40,941 bases of DNA. Origin: a virus. Taxonomy: Duplodnaviria; Caudoviricetes. How positions within the stretch are numbered: the first letter of the stretch is position 1; each line of letters starts with the position of its first letter. Shown here piece after piece: positions 33,726 to 40,941 of this stretch. The position numbers and the translations under genes were made by a program. Under the pieces are notes generated by a model, which saw only the letters and a list, made by a program, of their open reading frames with translations, did not search any database and was not told the origin of the DNA. Location of the stretch: positions 1-40,941 of the IMG/VR virus record IMGVR_UViG_3300028599_000010; one strand, 5' to 3'.

Positions 33726-35515
33726 GCGAGCAGGAAGACTTTGAATTTAGATTAAGGTTTGAGCAAGAGCAGGCTTCTCCTGAAAAACTGACGCTTGGAA
33801 CTTTACCACCAGAGCAACCACTTGAAAAAAGCCCAATTCCTATCTTTAATCAAGCGCGTGAAAGCGGATTAGTAAAAGGCTATTTAGATCCGGCTGAGGG
33901 TGCTAATCAGCTTATACAGCATACTCTACCACCTTCTTTATCTAATCCAGCCGTTAAAGAAATGATGGATACGCGCATTAAGCGCGAAGAAGATGTTTAC
34001 CAAAAAAATCGCGTTAAGCAAGGCGACGAAGGTTTTGATTGGACGCGCATGGTTGGTCAAATGACTTCTCCGACAACCGTTGCCGCTGGAGGCGTTAAAT
34101 TGCCAGCAACATTAGGCAAGAAAGTCTTGCAATCCATTCCTATGGCCGCGACTTTTGGCGCAATACAACCTGTAACGGGTGATAACTTTGCGGCTGAAAA
34201 AGGGCTTCAAATTGGCGCTTCGGCTGCACTCGCTCCTTTATTCCCTTTATTGATTGCCGGAGGGAAATGGTCGTCTACTAAAATTTCCGACGCCTTTAGA
34301 AATAAAGACTCGGTAGCCTTTAGAGAGCTATCAAAAGACATTAATGAGCTTTTAGGTAAGTCAAAAGGCAAGGTAGAAGATGCACTATTGAATTATAAAA
34401 CCCGCATCAGCAAACCAAACTCACCGCAAGCAATCGCTCAATCTATCCGTGAAACGAACAAAACAGGTGTTGCGGATGAATATGGCGGATGGGTAGCTAA
34501 GCTTCATAAAGAGGTTAGCCGTCATCCTTCTGTTGGAGACAGGCTAAAAACAACTTTGTCGCAGCAAGAATTAAATCGTGGAAAGGTCGTAGGAGCCATT
34601 GCAGGCACAGACGATCAATTAGCTGACAAAGTATCTGCTAGAGCAAGTAACGCCCTTAAAAACTACGGTAAGGCGTATGATAAACAGATTAGAGCTAATC
34701 CAGAGCTTGCTCAAATATTTGATGATCCATTTGTTGCTAAAGCTAATGCTGCGGCTCAAGATACTGCAAGATCATTAGGTATCGATCCAAAAGCAAATCT
34801 TACTGAGTATCTTCATGTTGTCAAAGTGGCAATGGATAAAATGCTTGATAAGAATGCTGAAAAACCCCTTGATTCAATGGGTAAAAAAGCGGTAATGGGT
34901 GCAAAAACTAAACTCGTTGGATGGCTAAAGAAAAAGAACCCGCTTTATGATGAAGCGAGATCCGCATATTCAAAAGAGTCTGTCCCGATCAATCGAATGA
35001 AAGTGGGGAAAGTGGTTGAAGATGCTCTCGTTAATGTAAGAGAAGGCGAGTCTCCTAATACTTACTTGGGCGCAATGAAAAACGCACCTCGCACTATCAA
35101 GAAAGGTGGAGGAAGTCGTTTTCAGACCATGAAAGAGGTTTATCCTGCTTCTACGATTAAAAAATTAAAGTCTGTTGGAGAGGAATTATTAGATCAACAA
35201 AAAGTGACTAAGATGGTATCAGGCACAAATTCACCTTTGGAGGCTTTGTTGGCAAAAGAAACTATCCAAGCACCTAAGATTTTAAAGCGTGAAGTCGTTA
35301 TCTTTAACCATATTATGAGCAAGCTAAGCAAAGGCAAAAACCCAGAATACCAGAAAGTATTAGGCGATATGCTGGATAATCCAGATGAATTACTAAGGGC
35401 ACTCAAATCAACTGACGGGATAAAAACTCAAGTTGCTAAAGATATTATGCAGCAAATGAGTATTATCGGAGCAAGTCAGCAGACTTCAGGCAATATAGGA
35501 AGGGTAAATAAATGA
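33722..35515 (+). CDS. large internal virion/DNA ejection protein
   Basis: Helical, hydrophobic Ala/Gly segment; position. Confidence 0.65.
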   Translation: MSEQEDFEFRLRFEQEQASPEKLTLGTLPPEQPLEKSPIPIFNQARESGLVKGYLDPAEGANQLIQHTLPPSLSNPAVKEMMDTRIKREEDVYQKNRVKQGDEGFDWTRMVGQMTSPTTVAAGGVKLPATLGKKVLQSIPMAATFGAIQPVTGDNFAAEKGLQIGASAALAPLFPLLIAGGKWSSTKISDAFRNKDSVAFRELSKDINELLGKSKGKVEDALLNYKTRISKPNSPQAIAQSIRETNKTGVADEYGGWVAKLHKEVSRHPSVGDRLKTTLSQQELNRGKVVGAIAGTDDQLADKVSARASNALKNYGKAYDKQIRANPELAQIFDDPFVAKANAAAQDTARSLGIDPKANLTEYLHVVKVAMDKMLDKNAEKPLDSMGKKAVMGAKTKLVGWLKKKNPLYDEARSAYSKESVPINRMKVGKVVEDALVNVREGESPNTYLGAMKNAPRTIKKGGGSRFQTMKEVYPASTIKKLKSVGEELLDQQKVTKMVSGTNSPLEALLAKETIQAPKILKREVVIFNHIMSKLSKGKNPEYQKVLGDMLDNPDELLRALKSTDGIKTQVAKDIMQQMSIIGASQQTSGNIGRVNK

Positions 35516-35536
35516 AACAGATAATGGAGGTGTATA

Positions 35537-37018
35537 ATGCCTTATAATGGTAGTGGAGTTTGGACTGCGCCAGCCGCATCATTCCCTGCCGTATCAGGTA
35601 CGGTAATTGATAGCGCGAAATACAATGCAGTCGTTAATGACATCGCTTCGGCCTTAACTTCAGTTATTACTAAAGACGGTCAAACGACTGTTACAGCAAA
35701 TCTTCCAATGGCAACCTATCGTCATACAGGTGTGAGTGATGGCGCTAGTTTAACTGATTATACCTCCGTTAATCAGGTCGTTGATAACACATTAGCCTAT
35801 GGTGGTGCGAGTGCGGTAGGTACAGATGCGTATGCGGTTAATCTTCCTATTTCCCCCGGTGCTTATGTTCCTGGAAATAGGTATCAATTCAAAACAGATG
35901 TGGCTAATACCGGCGCATGTACTATTGATTTTAGCTCATTGGGTGCGAAACCTATAAAACTGTCCGATGGATCAGATCCTCATGATGGCGCTATCCAAAT
36001 AGGGATGGTTGATGTTATTTATGATGGCACTAACTTTGTCTTATTAAACCCTTATTTCACCGGATTAAAGTCTCTAGTTACGAAAACAGAATTAGATATT
36101 TTAGATGGCGCAACGGTTACTACAAGCGAACTAAATATTTTAGATGGCGCAACGGTTACTACAAGCGAACTAAATATTTTAGATGGCGCAACGGTTACTA
36201 CAAGCGAACTAAATTATGTTGATGGCGTTACTTCTGATATTCAAACTCAACTAAACGCAGGTACTCAACAATCAATACTCAATAATAGCAATCATATCTC
36301 CGGCCTTATCTTGTCAAATGATACCGATACAGCCCATGATATAAATATCACAGCAGGAAACGCAAACGACTCAACTAACACCTATTCAATGAACCTTGCA
36401 ACAGAAATAACAAAAAAGATTGATGCTACATGGGCTGCGGGTGATGATTTAGGTGGGCTTTTCACTGGCACTGTCGCAATAGATACGTGTTATCACGTTT
36501 TCTTAATTAGAAAAGATTCAGATGGAACTATTGACGCTGGGTTCGATACATCAGTAACAGCGGCCAATATTCCGGTTGGATATACGGCCAATAAATGGAT
36601 AGGAGCTATATTAACAGATGGATCGGCAAATATATTAAGTTTTACGCATGACGGCGATCGATTCTTTTTCAATACTCTTATAGCAGAATATGGTACTTCA
36701 GCAGAAACAGGGTCGGCAGTCACCAGAACATTGTCAACCCCTTTAGGCATTAGAGTTAATGCTCTATTGATAATAGGGTTTAGAGAAACTGTATCGGCTC
36801 CGGCGTGGCTTTACGTTTCAGATCTATCGAGAACAGATGAAGCAGCTACATCAGGATTAGCTAATATCAATAGTCCATCTGCCCTTAATGAGGACAACTG
36901 GACAACTATGGAGGTAATGACAAACACATCATCTCAAATAAGAACTAGAGCCGACTCTTCTGGCGGCGCTACATCAATATTAACTTATGGATGGGAAGTG
37001 GATAGGGGTTCGGTATAA
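35537..37018 (+). CDS. tail fibre protein
   Basis: MPYNGSG anchor; ANTGACT domain; ELNILDG repeats. Confidence 0.82.
   Translation: MPYNGSGVWTAPAASFPAVSGTVIDSAKYNAVVNDIASALTSVITKDGQTTVTANLPMATYRHTGVSDGASLTDYTSVNQVVDNTLAYGGASAVGTDAYAVNLPISPGAYVPGNRYQFKTDVANTGACTIDFSSLGAKPIKLSDGSDPHDGAIQIGMVDVIYDGTNFVLLNPYFTGLKSLVTKTELDILDGATVTTSELNILDGATVTTSELNILDGATVTTSELNYVDGVTSDIQTQLNAGTQQSILNNSNHISGLILSNDTDTAHDINITAGNANDSTNTYSMNLATEITKKIDATWAAGDDLGGLFTGTVAIDTCYHVFLIRKDSDGTIDAGFDTSVTAANIPVGYTANKWIGAILTDGSANILSFTHDGDRFFFNTLIAEYGTSAETGSAVTRTLSTPLGIRVNALLIIGFRETVSAPAWLYVSDLSRTDEAATSGLANINSPSALNEDNWTTMEVMTNTSSQIRTRADSSGGATSILTYGWEVDRGSV
36089..36214 (+). repeat. 39-bp tandem repeat x3 plus partial (ELNILDGATVTTS)
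   Basis: Units begin at 36089, 36128, 36167 and 36206. Confidence 0.95.
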
Positions 37019-37371
37019 TGAAAGTATTATGTAATTTAATCACTAAGAAAATAGAAAGCTTCTCTCGTCGGGATGAGATACCTCATGATCCTAATCTCTG
37101 TATCGCGATTGATATAAGTTATGTACCTGATATGGAGCAGGAAATGCTTAACGATACGAATGACGGACTTCGCGCAATCACACAAGCGGAAATTGATGCA
37201 GATATTGAAATGGAAAAAACAATAGAAGCAAGCAACCTAACTAATGTAAAAACCGCATTTATTGTTTTCATCACAATTCTTTGGGAAAACAGCGCAGAAT
37301 TAAGAGCAGCGTATGCAACGGCTGCGGATATGGCATCTGATGCAGTGGCGCGATATAGGGCCGAGTTATGA
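37018..37371 (+). CDS. possible tail-fibre chaperone
   Basis: Coupled to the fibre gene; function inferred from position. Confidence 0.55.
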   Translation: MKVLCNLITKKIESFSRRDEIPHDPNLCIAIDISYVPDMEQEMLNDTNDGLRAITQAEIDADIEMEKTIEASNLTNVKTAFIVFITILWENSAELRAAYATAADMASDAVARYRAEL

Positions 37372-37414
37372 AAGAAGCCCTAAAAGAAATGTTAATTCAG
37401 TATGAGGCTGACTA

Positions 37415-37957
37415 ATGATAGAAAGCTTCCTACCTGCTAATTGTTACTCTAAAAACAGGATGAAGTCTGTTGATGGTGCGGTGGTTCATTTTATTAGTGC
37501 GCGATATACAATGCCTAAAAACCCGTTTAACACAAAGGAAATTATTAACATATTAAAAGAATATGGTTTTTCGTATAAGTATATTATTGACCGAGAAGGG
37601 TCTGTGATCGAATTAGTCCCTGAAAACTTTAAACAGTACCACGCCGGATATTCAATAATGAATGGACGTGAAGACTGTAATAGCTTTACAAATGGTATCG
37701 CTTTGTTTGGTGGGTCAATATGGCCTTATGATGACAGACAAATATTGTCATTGGCTGAACTCTTAGGGCAAGACATGACTAAGAATAAGTACACGCTTGA
37801 CTCAATAAAGGGGCACGATGAAGTAAGGGCAGATTGGAATAAAGCTCACCCAGACAAGAAAGCTGATATAAAACATGATCCAGGTGAACATTTTAAATGG
37901 GAAATATTAAATGACATGCTTTACGGCGTGTCTTTCGCAAATAGTGGTCGAATATAA
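37415..37957 (+). CDS. N-acetylmuramoyl-L-alanine amidase endolysin (Amidase_2-like)
   Basis: VVHF, YHAG.S, GH..V, K.DPG..F.W. Confidence 0.88.
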   Translation: MIESFLPANCYSKNRMKSVDGAVVHFISARYTMPKNPFNTKEIINILKEYGFSYKYIIDREGSVIELVPENFKQYHAGYSIMNGREDCNSFTNGIALFGGSIWPYDDRQILSLAELLGQDMTKNKYTLDSIKGHDEVRADWNKAHPDKKADIKHDPGEHFKWEILNDMLYGVSFANSGRI

Positions 37958-38069
37958 TGACGCATAGTGGGATGAGGTAAAGATTTAACAATAGTTTACA
38001 TTTGTATGTGGGAAAACTCACAAAGAGATGAATATCCGCCTTGCTACACTAACTTATAATAGGTCTTAA

Positions 38070-38441
38070 ATGAACATGAAAAAAGCGTTTAAAGCGTTAA
38101 AAACTGATGAGGTTGAAAGCAAGCGCGTGAATGACCCATTTATGAGAAAGATATTGTGGTACCTTGGCGGTCTAGTTTTAGCATCAGCCGGCGCAATTCT
38201 GGTCATGCAAGTTCAAATATCAAATAATACTAAGGCTAATGAAATACTCGGTAAAATAAGTATTTCTATCCAAACCCTAATTGATAGCGGAGCCCATCGT
38301 AATGACTTGCTCTCAGCGCTAACAAAAAAGACTGAGCAAGTTGAAGACAGATTACTTAAAGTTTATGGCGAGCAACAACGTAGAGGCCCACGTATTACCC
38401 GCCTTGAGAAAGATGTTGATCAACTAAGGAGAAAGAAATGA
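38070..38441 (+). CDS. single-TM coiled-coil protein in the lysis module
   Basis: Hydrophobic segment followed by heptads. Confidence 0.65.
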   Translation: MNMKKAFKALKTDEVESKRVNDPFMRKILWYLGGLVLASAGAILVMQVQISNNTKANEILGKISISIQTLIDSGAHRNDLLSALTKKTEQVEDRLLKVYGEQQRRGPRITRLEKDVDQLRRKK

Positions 38442-38632
38442 TTAAGAAAGCGTTAAAATCAAAAACAATGCGATACGCGCTCATTATTGATTGTTTAGCG
38501 ATTATCCAGATAAATGCTGAAGAACTCAGGGCAGCAATACCGGCTGAGTATTACGGGTATTTCCTGATCGCTGTAGGTATCGGCATAAAATATTACCGTT
38601 ATAAAACAAGTGAGCCATTAGATGCTAAGTAA
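38438..38632 (+). CDS. holin
   Basis: 64 aa, two hydrophobic segments, KSKT start, in lysis cluster. Confidence 0.7.
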   Translation: MIKKALKSKTMRYALIIDCLAIIQINAEELRAAIPAEYYGYFLIAVGIGIKYYRYKTSEPLDAK

Positions 38633-38855
38633 GATTAAAGGCTATTTGATTGCTGCTGGGCTCGCCATCATGGCCTTTGTTGGGGTTTATCTAAAAGGCT
38701 CTAGCGACCAAAAGAACAAGGCTAAGGTCAAGCAGAAGGATATTGAATTAGACGCTTACAAAGCTTCTGTGGAAGCGGTAAGAAAAGGTGACAAAACAAC
38801 AGGAGAGAACAATGAAAAAGCTGATAATGGTGATTTCTCTGGTTTCAATCGTTAG
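38622..38855 (+). CDS. inner-membrane spanin (Rz-like)
   Basis: N-terminal TM plus charged helix; overlaps the lipoprotein gene. Confidence 0.7.
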   Translation: MLSKIKGYLIAAGLAIMAFVGVYLKGSSDQKNKAKVKQKDIELDAYKASVEAVRKGDKTTGENNEKADNGDFSGFNR

Positions 38856-39069
38856 CTGCGCAACACCTACGACTCCGGCATTCCCTGAGATTAACTGTAT
38901 TCCTACAGATAAACTGTCTGATAAACAACTGTCAGAATTATCAGAATGCAAAAAAGACATGGATAAATGTATTGTTCCACGTGGAACACTCCTACAAATA
39001 CTCAACAACCATCAAAATAAATCTACCTGCTTAGAGGCTTATAAGGCGGCAGCAGGAAAATATAATTAA
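38812..39069 (+). CDS. outer-membrane lipoprotein spanin (Rz1-like; start revised)
   Basis: MKKLIMVISLVSIVS-C lipobox; Pro and Cys residues. Confidence 0.75.
   Translation: MKKLIMVISLVSIVSCATPTTPAFPEINCIPTDKLSDKQLSELSECKKDMDKCIVPRGTLLQILNNHQNKSTCLEAYKAAAGKYN
38973..38988. promoter_or_regulatory. parS site (perfect palindrome)
   Basis: TGTTCCACGTGGAACA. Confidence 0.75.
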
Positions 39070-39076
39070 AGTCTAT

Positions 39077-39277
39077 TTAATGAGTGCCACGCAACCGGCG
39101 CTCAAGATTGTCATAACCCTGCTTTAGGTTTTCATTAAGATTGTTAATGTGAGCAGGCTCATTTGATCGCGATAACTCAAAATCTTTTAAAACGTCCACG
39201 AGATCGCCTTCACCTCTTAAGTGAGCGATTGCTCGTATTTTGTCAATTTTGTCACACATATCCGAAATATAGTGCAT
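39077..39277 (-). CDS. hypothetical protein
   Basis: Last ORF of the leftward arm. Confidence 0.55.
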   Translation of the reverse strand: MHYISDMCDKIDKIRAIAHLRGEGDLVDVLKDFELSRSNEPAHINNLNENLKQGYDNLERRLRGTH

Positions 39278-39298
39278 TTTGCACGAAAATCAAGCAAT

Positions 39299-39628
39299 TT
39301 ACAGGATACCCTTATCAATTATCCGCCTAGTTGTCAGCACAACGGCACGTAAAACATAAAAATATTCTTGCTCGATATAAAACGCCTCGGCCTTTGTCGG
39401 CGTCCTTCGCCGATCATATAAATCATGGCAAGCAGAACACCCGTAAAATCCAGCGCAATCATCCGCTTTTTGGCTTGTCCCTTTACCTGCGAAATGCTCG
39501 TTTAAATGACAGAATACCGTTGTCGATTTATCGTAATTACAGATTGGGCTATTAATCGTGCATTCTTCATTCTTAGCAGAATCAAGAATTTTTTTGTTTC
39601 GGTAAGGTATGCGTTTTTCTAAGTTCAT
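39299..39628 (-). CDS. DUF1364/YbcO-like Zn-binding nuclease-like protein
   Basis: C...P.C...TTV.CH...GKG...KADD..G.YGCSACHD. Confidence 0.85.
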   Translation of the reverse strand: MNLEKRIPYRNKKILDSAKNEECTINSPICNYDKSTTVFCHLNEHFAGKGTSQKADDCAGFYGCSACHDLYDRRRTPTKAEAFYIEQEYFYVLRAVVLTTRRIIDKGIL

Positions 39629-39629
39629 A

Positions 39630-40268
39630 TCATCCCCATTGATCGGCTATTGCAGTTGCAATACCTTGAAACGTAGTTGATCTTAATTTCCATCTATCCG
39701 GCCCGGGTGACGCCCTATGTATTGCAGACCATCTTTTGTGTTCATCTGTGCCAGGCTTCGGCGGATTTAATTTATCTGTTGGCACTAATTCTGGCAATCC
39801 AATTAATTCAAACCCGGTTGCTTTAAAAGCTTCATCACCAAACCACCAAGGCTGTACGACCTGTCGTTTACCCGGGTTAATTCTTTCTTTTGCATATTTG
39901 TGCATGATTGGATTTTCAATTGCTTTCTTAGGTATTGGCGCATCACGCAATAATTTATAAAATTCAGCGCCTTCATCTAGTTCTTGCCACATTTCTTCCA
40001 AAGTTCTGCCTTTTGGAGGATTATGCAACCATCTCACGCCGCTATTTGTTAGCCTTGTGCATGGCGGATGCGCAATCATTAAGTCAAAACCATGCGGCGC
40101 TATCATTGCAGCCGTTCGTCCATCTCGAAGCAAATCCATAACATCACCCTGATAATGCGGCCCCGGGCTTTCTGTAGGTAGCAAGTCGCAGCTTATCGCG
40201 TCATGGCCCTGCTTAATAAATGCGTCCCTAACGGTTCCAGAATATTCACATGCAATCAATATTTTCAT
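39630..40268 (-). CDS. phage DNA cytosine-methyltransferase-like protein
   Basis: LIACEYSG, HPPCT (PC motif), IENP, RSTTFQGIA.AIA.QW. Confidence 0.8.
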   Translation of the reverse strand: MKILIACEYSGTVRDAFIKQGHDAISCDLLPTESPGPHYQGDVMDLLRDGRTAAMIAPHGFDLMIAHPPCTRLTNSGVRWLHNPPKGRTLEEMWQELDEGAEFYKLLRDAPIPKKAIENPIMHKYAKERINPGKRQVVQPWWFGDEAFKATGFELIGLPELVPTDKLNPPKPGTDEHKRWSAIHRASPGPDRWKLRSTTFQGIATAIADQWG

Positions 40269-40277
40269 TATCTCACC

Positions 40278-40694
40278 TCAGCTAAAAGAAACTGCCTGAA
40301 GCACGTCATTCTCCGTCAACCCATTACCGAAGCTTTCAAGAAAAACGTCAATAGCGGCACTAAAAAGCGCCTTAAACTCGTCCTCTTCCATCGTCTCGAA
40401 CGAGATTGATCGAGGCTTGAACATCGTTGTCCCGTTGGGAGCGACAACCGTGTCAAAAAATCCGCACTTCATTGTTAGCCAGTAACGGTACGCCTCAAGC
40501 TCTGTAAAATGGTCTTGCATGCCGAACGTCTGAGTTACGAAAACAAAAAAACGCTTATGGTTCTCATAGTTCCGCGCCATTTTTATGTCAGCAGAAATAA
40601 TCTGTCCGACTTCACGCCGGTCAATATATTTCTTAGTATCATCGTCATGTGGAATTAATGACTTATTGGGCAGGACTCTAAAGAATGCTTTCAT
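40278..40694 (-). CDS. DUF1367/NinB-like protein (start revised to MKAFFRV)
   Basis: RNY..HKRFF and PRSISF..M.E.EF motifs; ATGA overlap. Confidence 0.8.
   Translation of the reverse strand: MKAFFRVLPNKSLIPHDDDTKKYIDRREVGQIISADIKMARNYENHKRFFVFVTQTFGMQDHFTELEAYRYWLTMKCGFFDTVVAPNGTTMFKPRSISFETMEEDEFKALFSAAIDVFLESFGNGLTENDVLQAVSFS
40570..40693. repeat. 124-bp direct repeat, copy 2
   Basis: Identical to 1-124. Confidence 0.97.
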
Positions 40695-40941
40695 CCGTAC
40701 TGATCCAGATAAACCGTTAAGTCGCATATCTTGGCATAATCAATATTATGTTCTGCCGTTTTGCGTGTACTTCTAAGGTTTATCGACCTTATAGTGCTCG
40801 GTGCGACATCAAACTTTTTAGCCAGTTTTGGTAATGATGCGGCCATGATTCTTTTCGTGTAAAGCTTATCCAGGTACAGTAGGCGCTTATTCAGCATGTA
40901 AATATGGCCGTTTAACTCTTCATCATCCAAGCTGGTTAATT
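40691..40941 (-). CDS. 3' part of an HTH-containing gene; long allele of 915-1055, cut by the window end
   Basis: LPKLAKKFDVAPSTIRSI HTH-like; frame open to the window end. Confidence 0.7.
   Translation of the reverse strand, partial: LTSLDDEELNGHIYMLNKRLLYLDKLYTKRIMAASLPKLAKKFDVAPSTIRSINLRSTRKTAEHNIDYAKICDLTVYLDQYG

Noticed and set aside
17369-36750. Numerous antisense or nested ORFs within terL, portal, scaffold and tail genes
   Set aside because: No RBS or motifs; expected shadows of real genes
35537-37018. Diversity-generating retroelement targeting the tail fibre
   Set aside because: No reverse transcriptase and no template/variable repeat pair differing at adenines was seen

Overview
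The window looks like an essentially complete ~40.6-kb genome of a tailed dsDNA phage with a podovirus-type layout (no tape-measure gene seen). Amidase, holin and two-component spanin genes, an outer-membrane beta-barrel gene and sigma70-type promoters point to a Gram-negative host. Bases 1-124 repeat exactly at 40570-40693, and the last 22 bases match 928-949. The sequence therefore circularises and seems to carry two alternative alleles of one locus, with or without a DNA methyltransferase cassette. Layout: a leftward nin-like and methyltransferase arm (39077-40941 plus 1-1757); a divergent HTH switch; an Erf/YqaJ recombination pair and many small mosaic genes joined by recurrent junction repeats (1842-13965); a leftward early cluster with an acidic DNA-mimic-like protein (14047-15716); packaging, head, tail and ejection genes (16129-37371); and lysis (37415-39069). 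I could not recognise an integrase, replication initiator, helicase, primase or polymerase. The most interesting signals are non-coding or overlapping. (1) An RNA-rich locus at 6536-7550 holds a tRNA-Met, a ~100-nt sRNA and a ~320-nt structured RNA whose 3' end/RBS is complementary to the sRNA loop. (2) An operon of tRNA-like/C4-like small RNAs lies at 13384-13564. (3) A RusA-like resolvase is split across two fully overlapping frames. (4) Two chromosomal-type parS sites occur without any parB. All family assignments come from motif recognition by eye, not database searches.
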